Shown here in pieces: positions 1-10,186 of a stretch of DNA of 53,232 bases. The stretch is from Novosphingobium sp. Its GTDB lineage: Bacteria; Pseudomonadota; Alphaproteobacteria; Sphingomonadales; Sphingomonadaceae. The first letter of the stretch is position 1. Every line of letters starts with the position of its first letter. Location of the stretch: the NCBI GenBank assembly GCA_019510335.1, contig JAEKKO010000106.1:1-53232 (forward strand). Direction: 5' to 3'. Position numbers and translations under genes: made by a program. Under the pieces are notes generated by a model, which searched no databases, was not told the DNA's origin, and saw nothing but the letters and a program-made list of their open reading frames with translations.

Positions 1-1601
1 AGCACGCCCTCGGCCTCGTCGGTGGCGACCAACTCGACCCCGACGCCCCAGGTCCACGGCTTCTGGAAGATCAGCGTCGTCAGCTTCTCGAACGTGGCGG
101 TGAACGAGAGCGTGCGGGCGGTGTAGGCGGTGCGCTGGACCGTATCGGCATAAAGGTCGAAGGTCAGCACCCGGTCGCGCCCGTGGAAGTTGTTCTTGCG
201 CACGGTGACGCCGACGAGCTGTTCCTTGGTCCCGGCGACCGCACGCAGCCGCAGCATGCCCTCGGGCGGGAAGAAGTTCCGGTGCTCCCAGCTGCCCTCG
301 AGGCGGAAGCCATCACCCGAATCGTAGCCGACCAGCCCGGCGATGGTCCGCAGCTTGGCCTTCGTCATGCCGATATCGAGCGTCACGGCGCCCGGCGTGC
401 CGTCACTTGGCGGGCGGCTCTCGATCGGGGTGGCGGTGACGCTCGCGACGAGGCCAGTGGCGTACATCGCCTTGCGCAAGTCATCGACGTCACTGCGCTT
501 GTAGAGGTCGCCGGGCTTGAATCGGGCAATCTCCTGGAGGTGGCGCGCCGAAAGAAAGCGCGGCATCTCGCTGACGATCGTGCCGAAGTCGTACTTGCCG
601 CCGGGCGTCACCGGCACCGTCAGGTCACCTTGCTCGCGGCGGTGGTCCACCAGCAGGTCGGCGTCCGGGACCTTCTCGAACGCATAGCCGTTCTCGGCCA
701 GCGCGATATCGAGCTTGCCGCGGGCGGTGACGATGTGGTCGCTGTAGAGCGGATCGCCGCTCTGGATGCCGAAGGCGCTGCGCAGCATCGGGTAGTCGGG
801 CCCGGTCGCCGGAAGCGCGCCGAGGTCGATCGCCCCGAAGCGGTAGCGCGCGCCGGGCTGGACATCGAAGCGGACCTTGGTGTCCTTGCTCGGCTGGTCC
901 TGCCCGGGATCGAGACCGGCAATGCTCTGGGTCACGGTGGCGTCGTAGTAGCCGTAGATCCGCAAGAGGCGCTCAAGCAGGTCGCGGTCGGTGTTGGCGC
1001 GCACCGCGAGCTGGGCGATGTTCGTTGCATTGCTCCCGCCGAGGCTGACCAGCTGGGACAGCTCGCGGAAGCGTGCGGTGAACTCGGTGCGCTCGGGAAA
1101 CTGGGCGAGGTCGGTCGGGAAGGCGAGCACGATTCGCGAGCCGACTTGCTCGACGTCGCCGCCGGCCACGGCTTGCGGCAGCTCCACGGCGGCCGTCGCA
1201 GCGCGCGCCTGCGCCAGGTCCGGGTCGGGCGGGAGCGAGGCCAGTTGCGGCAGCTCGAGCGCCTTGTCGGGCCACGGCAGGGTGATCCCGGCGTTGTTCG
1301 TCAACGGTGAGGTCGGGTCGAGCGTCGGCGGGGTATTGGCCGGCGGTTGGTTCGACTGGGTCCAGGCGTCCGGGTTATCCAGCGCCGAGTTGGGGATAAG
1401 CGACTGGAGCTCGCGATCCGTGTTGCGGCTTTGCCCTTGAGCGGGCGTGGCGACGAAAGCTTGGCAGGCGAGCGCCAGCGCCGCCGCGCAAGCCCTCCAG
1501 GTTAGCGGGTCAGGCGCCGGTGCGGCCGGCGCGTTGGCGATAGTGTTCCTGCACTCCGGGAACGCCGTCCTTGCCGAAACCGGGAGCGAGCGCGCGATCA
1601 T
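1..1601 (-). CDS. tamA: TamA/BamA (Omp85) family outer-membrane assembly protein, partial (3' end lies beyond window start; start codon uncertain)
   Basis: Not in the ORF track because it runs off the edge. Manual minus-strand translation gives a signal-like segment ([22 protein letters not shown]), POTRA-like stretches ([47 protein letters not shown]) and barrel start ([29 protein letters not shown]). Nearest in-frame ATG is at 1601. Confidence 0.8.
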   Translation of the reverse strand, partial: MIARSLPVSARTAFPECRNTIANAPAAPAPDPLTWRACAAALALACQAFVATPAQGQSRNTDRELQSLIPNSALDNPDAWTQSNQPPANTPPTLDPTSPLTNNAGITLPWPDKALELPQLASLPPDPDLAQARAATAAVELPQAVAGGDVEQVGSRIVLAFPTDLAQFPERTEFTARFRELSQLVSLGGSNATNIAQLAVRANTDRDLLERLLRIYGYYDATVTQSIAGLDPGQDQPSKDTKVRFDVQPGARYRFGAIDLGALPATGPDYPMLRSAFGIQSGDPLYSDHIVTARGKLDIALAENGYAFEKVPDADLLVDHRREQGDLTVPVTPGGKYDFGTIVSEMPRFLSARHLQEIARFKPGDLYKRSDVDDLRKAMYATGLVASVTATPIESRPPSDGTPGAVTLDIGMTKAKLRTIAGLVGYDSGDGFRLEGSWEHRNFFPPEGMLRLRAVAGTKEQLVGVTVRKNNFHGRDRVLTFDLYADTVQRTAYTARTLSFTATFEKLTTLIFQKPWTWGVGVELVATDEAEGV

Positions 1602-2379
1602 CGCGCGGGGCGGCGGCGGCGGCGGCGATGAGCCGGTCCTGTTCGACGGCGGAGACCCGCTCCCATCCGTCGCGGGCGAGCCGCTCGAGCGGTCGATAGC
1701 GGATCTTGTACTGCATCCGCGCCGATCCTTCGACCCAATAGCCGAGGTAGACGTACGGCAGCCCTTCGGCGACGGCCCGGCGGATGTGGTCGAGGATGAT
1801 GAAATTGCCAAGCCCGCTGCGCGCCTCATGATCCGGGTCGTAGAAGCTGTAGATCATCGACAACCCGTCGCCCTGGCGGTCGGTAAGGCAAGCGCCGATC
1901 AGTCGGCCAGGCCTCGCCCCTTCCGAAGGCTCCCTATATTCAACGACATAGCTGGTCACGGGCGTGTGTTCCACCATGTCTGCAAAATCAATCTCGTCCA
2001 TCGTCGCCATCCCGCCGCCGGGGTGGCGCCGACCCAGGTAGTGCTGCAGCAGGTCGAACTGCTCGGCGGTCGACCACGGCCGGCAAAGCGTGACGACCAG
2101 GTCGGAATTGCGGCGCAAGTTGCGGCGCTGCGTCGTCGAAGGTTGGAATTCGTCGGCGACGACACGGACCGAGACGCAGGCCGAGCAATCGAGGCAGGAC
2201 GGGCGATAGGCCACCGTCTGGCTGCGGCGAAACCCGATCCGCCCGAGCGCGTCGTTCAGCGCGTCCGCGTGCGGGCCCTTCAGCTCCGTGAACACCTTGC
2301 GCTCGCTGCGGCCCGGCAAGTACGGGCACGGCGCCGGGCTCGTAACGAAGAACCGGGGGAAACGAACGGGTGCCGTCAC
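1510..2379 (-). CDS. bpt: Arginyltransferase-like aminoacyl-tRNA-protein transferase (ATE1/Bpt family, N-degron pathway)
   Basis: Motifs [54 protein letters not shown]. Confidence 0.88.
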   Translation of the reverse strand: MTAPVRFPRFFVTSPAPCPYLPGRSERKVFTELKGPHADALNDALGRIGFRRSQTVAYRPSCLDCSACVSVRVVADEFQPSTTQRRNLRRNSDLVVTLCRPWSTAEQFDLLQHYLGRRHPGGGMATMDEIDFADMVEHTPVTSYVVEYREPSEGARPGRLIGACLTDRQGDGLSMIYSFYDPDHEARSGLGNFIILDHIRRAVAEGLPYVYLGYWVEGSARMQYKIRYRPLERLARDGWERVSAVEQDRLIAAAAAAPRDDRALAPGFGKDGVPGVQEHYRQRAGRTGA

Positions 2380-2534
2380 GGGCTGGCGGTGTCCTCTGGC
2401 CGGCGCGCGAAAGCTGGCGCCGCGCTCTCCCCGAACTATGCCCGCAGCGCCGGGTTGGTGAAAGTCTTTTAACCACGAAAGAGCGTTAACGACCGATTAT
2501 TTTGCACAGGCGCGGGGCACGGCCTTGCCCCGTC

Positions 2535-3443
2535 TCACCAGTGCAGGCCCCTGATCGAGGCCCGCCGCAGCACCCGGTCCTCGAGCGAGTAGTAGAGCCG
2601 GATCCACTCGCCCTCGACGAGGCATGACGCGGCAAAGGCGATGTCGGTGCCGGCGCGCTCCTTCGGCGGCGGCGGGACGAGCATCGGTTCGATGCAGCGA
2701 TCGACGACACGGGTGTAGTTCTCGTCGAAGGCAATCCAGCCGATCCGCCAGCGCGCGTCCGCGGTTGCGCCGTTATAGAACATCACCGGCGGGTCACCCT
2801 TGCGCTCGACGATCGGGCCGGTCGACAAATGCCAGTTGTCCCAGCCGAGCTCGCGAATGGTGAACGGATCGGCGACCGAGGTCCACGGCCCTTCGGGACC
2901 TTCGGCGAGCGCGAGTCCGATGCGCGAGGCGTTGTCGCGGGCGTATTCGTAGAACAGTCGGTACTTGCCGTCGGCGCCTCTGGCGACGGTCGCTTCCTTG
3001 ATGTTGCCCTCGCCCTCGGGCGCCTTGAGCAGGACCCTCTGTTTGGTCAGGTCGAGCAGGTCCTTGCCCTTGGCGACGAGCATCGAGCCCTGCGCGCGCT
3101 TGCCGTCGACCCCGGTGAAGAAGACCAGCAGGTATCCTTCCGCCGAGATCACCACCGTCGGGTCCTCGACCCCGCCGGCATCGACGTCATCGGGTCCGGG
3201 TGCGATCGCCGGGTTCGGGCTCATGGTGAAGAACAGCCCGTCCTGCGAGCTGCCGGCATAGATGACGCCGGTCGGGTCGGTCGGCCCGAGCGGGTTCTTG
3301 AGCACGCGGACCAGCAGCTGCCTGATGCCCTCCTTCTCCCATACGTAGGGACTCATCAGGTCGTGTCCGGCGAGCAGCCCGTCTTCGCGGGCAGTGTCGA
3401 GCCGCACCACGTCGAGCCTTTCGACGACGTAGTCGAGCTCCAT
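2535..3443 (-). CDS. Beta-propeller glycosidase/phosphorylase, GH130/DUF377-like
   Basis: GGVEDPTV, KEATV, GPIVE...MFYNG, WRIGW, DIAFAAS, LYYS motifs; no signal peptide. Confidence 0.65.
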   Translation of the reverse strand: MELDYVVERLDVVRLDTAREDGLLAGHDLMSPYVWEKEGIRQLLVRVLKNPLGPTDPTGVIYAGSSQDGLFFTMSPNPAIAPGPDDVDAGGVEDPTVVISAEGYLLVFFTGVDGKRAQGSMLVAKGKDLLDLTKQRVLLKAPEGEGNIKEATVARGADGKYRLFYEYARDNASRIGLALAEGPEGPWTSVADPFTIRELGWDNWHLSTGPIVERKGDPPVMFYNGATADARWRIGWIAFDENYTRVVDRCIEPMLVPPPPKERAGTDIAFAASCLVEGEWIRLYYSLEDRVLRRASIRGLHW

Positions 3444-3559
3444 CGCTCAAGCCGCGAGCGAGAGCGCGATCCCGGCTGGGAATGCGCAAACGGTGAAATC
3501 CATCGCCCCTTCAACCTTTCTGGTGACGATATGTTTCACATGCCTGCTCTCCGGCAAGC

Positions 3560-4822
3560 TCAGTTCAGCTCCACCTGGCTGACCGCATAGCCCTTGCTGC
3601 GCAGCGCTTCGACCAAGGCGTCGAGCTGCTCCTTGTCGCGCGCCTCGCACTCGATGTCGGTGATCAGGCCTTTGGCCGGCAGCGTGGTGAAGATCCGCTG
3701 GTGGTAGATCTCGATGATGTTGACGTTGTGCGCGTCGAACTCGCGCATCACCTTGTAGAGCGCGCCGGGCCGGTCCTGCAGCGTCAGCCGCAGCCGGGCG
3801 AGCCGGCCAGAGCGGGCGAGGTCGCGCAGCAGGACGTTGGCGAGCAAGCGCGTGTCGATGTTGCCGCCGGTGAGGACGATCCCGATCTTCCGGCCGCGGA
3901 ACAAGTGGGGATGGGCAAGCACGGCGGCCAGCCCGGCCGCGCCTGCGCCCTCGACCACGGTCTTCTCGATCTGCAGGAGCAGCGCCAGCGCGTTCTCGAG
4001 CGCGGATTCGCTGACCAGGACGAAGTCGTCGAGCAGCCCGGCGAGCACCCTGGCGGTGAACTCGCCCGGCTCCTTGACGGCGATGCCCTCGGCGAGGGTG
4101 TCACCGCCGGTCGGCAGGACAGTGCCCTTCAGCCGGTTGTACATCGAGGGATAGAGCTCGGCCTCGACCCCGATCAGCCCGATGTCCGGCTTGAGCGCGC
4201 GGGCCGCTGTCCCCATTCCGGAGGCGAGACCGCCGCCGCCGACGGGGATCGCGAGCATGTCCAGCTCGGGCACGTCCTCGAGCATCTCGAGCGCGACGGT
4301 GCCTTGTCCGGCGGCGACGTGGGGATCGTCGAACGGATGCACGAACGTCAGACCGAGCTCCTCCTCGAGCCGGCGAGCATGCGCATAAGCCTCGTCGTAT
4401 GTCTCGCCCTCGAGCACCACGGTGCCGCCGACCGCTTCGGTCTGCATCACCTTCACCGTCGGCGTCGTCTTCGGCATGACGATCGTCACCGGCACCCCGA
4501 GGCGGCTGCCGTGATAGCTGAGGCCCTGGGCGTGATTGCCGGCCGACGCCGCGATCGCTCCGCGGTTGCACTTCTCGCCGCCGAGCAACAGCAGCGCGTT
4601 GAGCGCGCCGCGTTCCTTGTAGGCGGCGGTGAACTGCAGGTTCTCGAACTTGAGCCAGATGTCCGCGCCGGTGATCTGGCTCAGAGTGCGGCTGTAGAGC
4701 GTTGGCGTCCGCACCACCGCGCCGGCAATCCGCGCCGCCGCCGCGCGGACATCGGCAAGGGTCAGAAGCGACGGGTCGTCGGCATTGAGGCTGACGGCGG
4801 GGTGGAGCGCGGGGCTGGACAT
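3560..4822 (-). CDS. ilvA: Threonine ammonia-lyase (PLP-dependent) with C-terminal ACT domain
   Basis: KFENLQFTAAYKERGA, ASAGNHAQG, HPFDD, PVGGGGL, TGGNID, ACT motif LQDRPGAL. Confidence 0.9.
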   Translation of the reverse strand: MSSPALHPAVSLNADDPSLLTLADVRAAAARIAGAVVRTPTLYSRTLSQITGADIWLKFENLQFTAAYKERGALNALLLLGGEKCNRGAIAASAGNHAQGLSYHGSRLGVPVTIVMPKTTPTVKVMQTEAVGGTVVLEGETYDEAYAHARRLEEELGLTFVHPFDDPHVAAGQGTVALEMLEDVPELDMLAIPVGGGGLASGMGTAARALKPDIGLIGVEAELYPSMYNRLKGTVLPTGGDTLAEGIAVKEPGEFTARVLAGLLDDFVLVSESALENALALLLQIEKTVVEGAGAAGLAAVLAHPHLFRGRKIGIVLTGGNIDTRLLANVLLRDLARSGRLARLRLTLQDRPGALYKVMREFDAHNVNIIEIYHQRIFTTLPAKGLITDIECEARDKEQLDALVEALRSKGYAVSQVELN

Positions 4823-4866
4823 GGCCCGCGCGCCCTATCGGAAAGGACCGGCGATGGGAACCGCTA

Positions 4867-5259
4867 TCACCCCGCGGCGGCAGCCGGATGACGCCCGTTC
4901 AACCGCGGCAAGACGAGCGTGCTCAGACCGATGACGACGACAATTGCGATCGTGTCGGCGATCCAATCGCGGATGTCGCAATCGCGATGAAGCGCGGGAA
5001 TGCTCTGACAGACCTCGATCAATGCGCCGAGAAAGCTCAACCGCTCGGCGATCCGCCAGCGATTCACCGCGGGAAAGCTCAGGACTCCAAGTCCGGCGAG
5101 CACCGAGAAGCCGAGAATGTGCTCGAATTTGTCGCCGAAGCGGTCGATCGGCAGGTGCGGCGGCTTCGGCAGCAGCGCCATCACCATGGCGAACACCAAC
5201 GCGATGAAGAACGCCACGCGGCAAGCGCGAACGAAGCGCGGATCGGAGAACAGGCTCAT
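4867..5259 (-). CDS. VanZ-like small membrane protein
   Basis: DKFEHILGF, GALIEVCQ..P..RDCDIRDWIAD pattern, four hydrophobic segments; start placed at MSLFSD. Confidence 0.65.
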   Translation of the reverse strand: MSLFSDPRFVRACRVAFFIALVFAMVMALLPKPPHLPIDRFGDKFEHILGFSVLAGLGVLSFPAVNRWRIAERLSFLGALIEVCQSIPALHRDCDIRDWIADTIAIVVVIGLSTLVLPRLNGRHPAAAAG

Positions 5260-5407
5260 GGGCCACGGCGTTAGCGGCTCGCCGGGCTGCGGCAAAGTCC
5301 TCTTCACCGCGGGGGCTGGCGAGGCGTGCCAAAGCGGCTAAGAGGCCGCCCCATGGACTTGACCGACGACGCCGCGCCGGCGGCGGCCTCCCCCGCGCAA
5401 GGTAGCG

Positions 5408-7126
5408 ATGCGTAACAAAGCCCTCCCCATCGCGCTGTTGCTCGCGCTCACTCCGTCGGCGCTTCTCGCCGACACCCTGTTCGACAACCTCGACGGGATC
5501 ACGCTCGACGCGCAAGGGCGGGTGCGGCATTTCACCGGAATCGTCGTCGGCACCGACGGCCGCATCGCCGAAGTACTCGAGCGCACCGACAAGCGTCCGG
5601 CCCGAGTCGATTACAGGGTCGACGGCAAGGGCCGTGTGGTGATCCCGGGACTGATCGACTCCCATCTCCACTTGCTCGCGATCGGCTTTGCCAAGCTGAC
5701 CCTCGACTTGTCCGAGACCCGATCGCTGCAGGAAGCCCAAGCGAAGATCCGCGCTTACGCTGCGGAGCATCCCGACCGCGCCTGGGTCATTGGCAGCGGC
5801 TGGAATCCCGACGCGTGGGGCCTTGGCCGCTTTCCCACGGCCGCCGAGATCGACGCCCTCGTCCCCGATCGCCCAGTCTGGCTGACCAGTGCCGACGGCC
5901 ACGCCGGATGGGCCAACAGCAAGGCCCTGGCGCTGGCCGGTGTCACCGCCGCGACCGCCGATCCCGCCGGCGGACGCATCGAACGGACCGCCGGGACGAC
6001 CCGTCCCGCCGGGGTGCTGATCGACACCGCCGCGGCGCTGGTCGATCGGGTGGTGCCGCCGCCGCGGCCGGAGGACCGCGACGTCGCCTTCGCCCTCGCC
6101 CAGGATGCGCTGCTGCGCCACGGGATCACCACCGCGACCGACATGGGCACGACGATCGAGGACTGGCAGACCTTTCGCCGCGCCGGTGACATCGGGCGAC
6201 TCAGCATGCGCATCATGGCTTACGCCCGCGGCGTCGACGCGATGGCGCTGATCGGCGGCCCAGGCCCGACGCCTTGGCTTTATGACGATCGGCTGCGGAT
6301 GAACGGCGTCGCGCTGGCCGCCGATGGTGCGCTGGCGTGGCGCGGGGCCCTGCTCAAGGCGCCGTATGCCGATGACCCGCGCACCCGCGGCGATGCGCTG
6401 CTCAGCGACACCCAGCTCAAGAACCTGATGAGCCGGGCGGCGATCGACAACTTCCAGGTCGCGGTCGATGCCAGCGGCGATGCCGCTACCGCCGAAGTGC
6501 TCGACGCCGTCGACACGCTGACGCAGACTTACAAGGGTGACCGTCGCTGGCGGATCGAGCGTGCCCAGGCGGTCGATCCCGCCGATGTGCGCCGGTTCGG
6601 CAGCCATGGCATCGTCGTCTCGCTGCAGCCCCTCGACCTGACGACCGGCCGAACCGCTGCCGAGGCGCGGCTCGGGCCGCAACGTCTCGCCGGGGCCTAC
6701 CCGTGGCGCTCGATTGCCGCCACCGGCGCGACACTGGCGTTCGGGTCGGACGCCCCCGACCATGCCCCCGATCCGTTCGCCGGAATGGCCGCCGCGAGCA
6801 CCCGCCAGGGCGACGACGATCAACCGTTCGGCGGGTGGCAACCGCAGGAGAAGGTCACCCGCGAAGCCGCGCTTGCCGCCTACACCGCCGGTGCCGCTTA
6901 CGCCGGTTTCGCCGAAGGGCGGTTCGGCCGAATCGAGCGCGGCCAACGCGCCGACTTCCTCGTGCTCGACCACGACCCGCTGCTCGCCACTCCGGCCGAG
7001 CTGCGCGGAACTCGCGTCCTGCAAACCTGGATCAACGGCCGCCTCGCTTGGGAAGAAGGCAACCGGCCGCTGTCCAAGACGGCGGAACCGGCGCGGACCC
7101 GCGGCACCGGGGGCGAAGGCCGATAG
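5408..7126 (+). CDS. Exported YtcJ-like amidohydrolase (Amidohydro_3) with substituted second metal site
   Basis: Signal peptide, VIPGLIDSHLH, DGHAGWANS, FGSDAP, G.IERGQRADF. Confidence 0.85.
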   Translation: MRNKALPIALLLALTPSALLADTLFDNLDGITLDAQGRVRHFTGIVVGTDGRIAEVLERTDKRPARVDYRVDGKGRVVIPGLIDSHLHLLAIGFAKLTLDLSETRSLQEAQAKIRAYAAEHPDRAWVIGSGWNPDAWGLGRFPTAAEIDALVPDRPVWLTSADGHAGWANSKALALAGVTAATADPAGGRIERTAGTTRPAGVLIDTAAALVDRVVPPPRPEDRDVAFALAQDALLRHGITTATDMGTTIEDWQTFRRAGDIGRLSMRIMAYARGVDAMALIGGPGPTPWLYDDRLRMNGVALAADGALAWRGALLKAPYADDPRTRGDALLSDTQLKNLMSRAAIDNFQVAVDASGDAATAEVLDAVDTLTQTYKGDRRWRIERAQAVDPADVRRFGSHGIVVSLQPLDLTTGRTAAEARLGPQRLAGAYPWRSIAATGATLAFGSDAPDHAPDPFAGMAAASTRQGDDDQPFGGWQPQEKVTREAALAAYTAGAAYAGFAEGRFGRIERGQRADFLVLDHDPLLATPAELRGTRVLQTWINGRLAWEEGNRPLSKTAEPARTRGTGGEGR

Positions 7127-7142
7127 TCGTAAGACTGCGTGG

Positions 7143-7940
7143 TTAGGCCGGAGGAGCCGTCAGATCGGTCGACGCCGCCGTCCGGCTCGCCTCCCTGGCC
7201 GCCCGGCGCTCGCCGAACCACATGAAGGCGAGCGTGCCCTCGAACAGCAGCAGCATCGGCACCGCGAGCAGCAGTTGCGACATGACGTCGGGGGGGGTCA
7301 GCAACGCCGCGACGGCGACGATCAGGACGATGACGTAGCGCCTCGCTCCCGACAGCTGCCGGCGAGTCACGATCCCGGCGCGGGCGAGCAGCAGCAGCAG
7401 GACCGGCAGGAGGAAGCAGATCCCGAAGACGAGGATGAACTGCATGACGACGCTGAGGTAATTGTCGATTCCCGGCAGGGCCTCGGTGTGGACCCCGCCG
7501 TGGAGTCCGCCGAAGCCGAGCAGCCAGTGAAACGCCGTCGGCATCACGACGTAATAGGCGAGCGCCGCGCCGCTGGTGAACAGGATCGGCGTGGCGATCA
7601 GGAATGGCAGGAATGCGCGCTTCTCGCGCGCGTAGAGCCCGGGAGCGACGAACGCCCAGAGCTGGTTGGCGATGATCGGGAAACTGATGAAAAAGGCCGC
7701 GAACAGCGCGACCTTGAGCTCGACGAAGAATGCCTCGTACAACTTGGTATAGATCAACCGGTCCTGCCCCGCCGCCTTCAGCGGATGGACCAGGAAGGTC
7801 ATGATCGGCTCGACGAAATAGAGGCAGACGCAGAATGCCGCGCCGAGCGCGAGGAAGCTGCGAATCAGCCGCGCGCGCAGCTCGATGATGTGGTCGAGCA
7901 GGGGCGCCTGGCTCTCGTCGATGTCCCTGATCTTCAGCAT
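7143..7940 (-). CDS. tatC: Twin-arginine translocase subunit TatC
   Basis: PLLDHIIELRARL, QLWAFVAPGLY..E, ALLTPPD. Confidence 0.95.
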   Translation of the reverse strand: MLKIRDIDESQAPLLDHIIELRARLIRSFLALGAAFCVCLYFVEPIMTFLVHPLKAAGQDRLIYTKLYEAFFVELKVALFAAFFISFPIIANQLWAFVAPGLYAREKRAFLPFLIATPILFTSGAALAYYVVMPTAFHWLLGFGGLHGGVHTEALPGIDNYLSVVMQFILVFGICFLLPVLLLLLARAGIVTRRQLSGARRYVIVLIVAVAALLTPPDVMSQLLLAVPMLLLFEGTLAFMWFGERRAAREASRTAASTDLTAPPA

Positions 7941-7953
7941 TGGCCGGCGGCGC

Positions 7954-8373
7954 TCATGGCGGCGGCAGCGGAAGCTGCGGCGAATCCGCTGCGTCGGCGT
8001 CGTGCGGCGGCAGCCCAGGCACCGCCCGGGGCTGCGGAGCGGCGGTCAGCTCCGGTTGAACGGCTTCGCCGGCGGTGGGCTGAACCGCTTCGCCGGCCGT
8101 TTCCGTCGTAACGGTGGCGCCTGCCGCTTCGCTCCCGACCGGGTGCTGAGCAAGGATCGCCGCGTTCTGTTCGCGCCATTTCTCTTCCATCTCGGCGAGC
8201 TCGGCCTCGCGGATCATCGTCTCGATGCCGGCGCGGAAGTGGCCCGAGACGCGGCGCATCTTGCCGATCCACCGCCCCGCCGTGCGCAGCGCGCGTGGCA
8301 GGTCCTTGGGGCCGATCACCACCACCGCGACGATGACGGTGAGCAGAATCTCCGAAGGGGCGATGTCGAACAT
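7954..8373 (-). CDS. tatB: Twin-arginine translocase subunit TatB
   Basis: MFDIAPSEILL...VVIGPKDLP; between tatA and tatC. Confidence 0.93.
   Translation of the reverse strand: MFDIAPSEILLTVIVAVVVIGPKDLPRALRTAGRWIGKMRRVSGHFRAGIETMIREAELAEMEEKWREQNAAILAQHPVGSEAAGATVTTETAGEAVQPTAGEAVQPELTAAPQPRAVPGLPPHDADAADSPQLPLPPP
8053..8100 (-). repeat. Two tandem 24-nt units encoding TAGEAVQP twice in the TatB tail
   Basis: Units cggttgaacggcttcgccggcggt and gggctgaaccgcttcgccggccgt differ only at synonymous sites. Confidence 0.85.
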
Positions 8374-8397
8374 CGCGAGGCAACCTGCGCCGGAAGC

Positions 8398-8670
8398 TTA
8401 GGGCGTGGTGCGGTTGGGGTCCGCCACGGGATCGCCGTTGAGGGTCGGCTGGACCGCCTGCGGTGGGATGCCGGTCTGCCCCGGCTGTGCCGGGATCTGC
8501 GCGGGCGGCGGGGTCACCGGACGATTGGTGGTCTCATCCGTCATCCCTTCCTTGAAGCTTTTGATGCCTTTGCCGAAATCGCCCATCATTTCGGAGATGC
8601 GGCCACGGCCGAACAGCACCAGCACGACGAGCGCCAGCACGATCAGGTGGGGTAACGAAAGACCCATCAT
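8398..8670 (-). CDS. tatA: Twin-arginine translocase subunit TatA
   Basis: LVVLVLFGRGRI..MGDFGKGIKSFKEGM. Confidence 0.93.
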   Translation of the reverse strand: MMGLSLPHLIVLALVVLVLFGRGRISEMMGDFGKGIKSFKEGMTDETTNRPVTPPPAQIPAQPGQTGIPPQAVQPTLNGDPVADPNRTTP

Positions 8671-8765
8671 CGAACCACTCCAGATGTTCTCGCGCCATGC
8701 GCGCGGAGCCGGCGTACCACGGCGCTCCCTATCAATTCCTATCTAGGGACAATGCGCGCCGCTTA

Positions 8766-9371
8766 CTACCCCACGCTTGGGTCGTCGACCTCGGTCGTTC
8801 CTCCGCCGAGCGCATCGGCGAGCGCGTCCTCGACCGGGTCGAGCAATCCCGCCGCCCGCAACTCGTCGATTCCCGGGAGATCGCGCCGCGAACCGAGTCC
8901 AAAGTGCTCGAGGAACTCGGGTGTGGTCGCATACACGACCGGGCGCCCCGGCACCTCGCGCCGACCGGCGACGCGGACCCAGCCCGCCTCCATCAGTACG
9001 TCGAGCGTGCCCCTGGCGGTCTGCACACCTCGGATCGCCTCGATTTCGGCGCGACTGACCGGCTCGTGATAGGCGACGATCGCCAGCACCTCGGTGGCCG
9101 CGCGTGACAGGCGGCGGACCTCTTCGCGCTCGCGGCGGAGGAGATGGGCGAGGTCGCCAGCGGTCTCGAAATGCCAGCGGCGGCCGCGTTCGACCAGGTG
9201 GATGCCCCGGCGCCGGTAATGCTCGGCGAGCTCGGCCAGCGCGCTCCTCACGTCGGCGCCGCCGAGATGGGCCGAGATCGCCTCGGCGGTCATCGGCTCC
9301 GCGGTGGCGAACAGCGTCGCCTCGACGGCGCGGACCAGATCGTCCGGCTCGGAACCTGATCCCAGCATCAT
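8766..9371 (-). CDS. scpB: SMC-Scp complex subunit ScpB
   Basis: VEATLFA, LSRAATEVLAIVAYHEPVSRAEIEAIRGV, GRPVVYATTPEFL.HFGL; ATGA overlap with the scpA stop. Confidence 0.93.
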   Translation of the reverse strand: MMLGSGSEPDDLVRAVEATLFATAEPMTAEAISAHLGGADVRSALAELAEHYRRRGIHLVERGRRWHFETAGDLAHLLRREREEVRRLSRAATEVLAIVAYHEPVSRAEIEAIRGVQTARGTLDVLMEAGWVRVAGRREVPGRPVVYATTPEFLEHFGLGSRRDLPGIDELRAAGLLDPVEDALADALGGGTTEVDDPSVG

Positions 9372-10186
9372 GCCCGCACCGCCCGCAGCCGCAAGCGCCC
9401 GAACACCTCGTCCTGCGCCAGCTCGGCCTTGCCGAGCCGGGCCAGCTCGAGCGCGGCGACGAAGCTCGACGCCAGCGCCGAACGCCGCAACCGCGGGTCG
9501 GCCCAGTCGCCGTCGCAGGTCGCGGGCAGGAATTCGCAGAGTTCGATCCACTCGAGCCGCACCCCGAGCATGGCCGAGACCCGCGCCAAGGCCGTATCGA
9601 GCGTCATCACCGGCCGCTCACGGACCATGTGGACGACGGGCGTGGTGCGCGCCTTGACCTGACCGTAGGCCTGGACGAGCTCAAACCAGTCGCACTGCCA
9701 GAGATTGCGCCGATCGATCCGCAGCCCCTCGGGCGCGCCGCGGGCGAACACGTCCCGCCCCAGCCGGTCGCGCGCCATCAGCCGTGCAGCGGCGTCGCGC
9801 ATCGCGGCCAGGCGCTGCAGCCGCAACTGCAGGCGCATCGCCAGCTCTTCGGGGCTCGGCTCCTCCTGCTCTTCCCGCGGCAGCAGCAGGGCAGATTTGA
9901 GATAGGCGAGCCATGCCGCCATCACCAGATAATCGGCGGCAAGCTCGAGCCGCAGCGCCTCGGCGCGTTCGATATAGGCGAGGTACTGGTCGACCAGCGC
10001 GAGAATCGAGATCTTGCGCAAGTCGACTTTCTGCCGCCGCGCCAGGTCCAGCAGGAGGTCGAGCGGCCCTTCCCAGCCGTCGAGCGCGAGGTATAGCGCC
10101 GCGTCCTCGCGCGCTGCGGCCGGGGCCGGGCCGTCCCATTCCGCCTCGTCGCCGGTGAACAGCGCCGGCTCGGCGATGCGGTCCAT
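9368..10186 (-). CDS. scpA: Segregation and condensation protein ScpA
   Basis: WEGPLDLLLDL, AADYLVMAAWLAYLKS.LLLP, FVAALEL. Confidence 0.93.
   Translation of the reverse strand: MDRIAEPALFTGDEAEWDGPAPAAAREDAALYLALDGWEGPLDLLLDLARRQKVDLRKISILALVDQYLAYIERAEALRLELAADYLVMAAWLAYLKSALLLPREEQEEPSPEELAMRLQLRLQRLAAMRDAAARLMARDRLGRDVFARGAPEGLRIDRRNLWQCDWFELVQAYGQVKARTTPVVHMVRERPVMTLDTALARVSAMLGVRLEWIELCEFLPATCDGDWADPRLRRSALASSFVAALELARLGKAELAQDEVFGRLRLRAVRA

Noticed and set aside
183-1440. Plus-strand ORFs of 375 and 149 aa
   Set aside because: Antisense shadows of minus-strand tamA; no recognisable motifs.
2468-2490. Two TTAA words upstream of bpt as a full CtrA box
   Set aside because: Spacing is 13 nt rather than 7.
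4867-5259. Glycopeptide resistance (vanZ)
   Set aside because: VanZ-like proteins are widespread and no other van genes are present.
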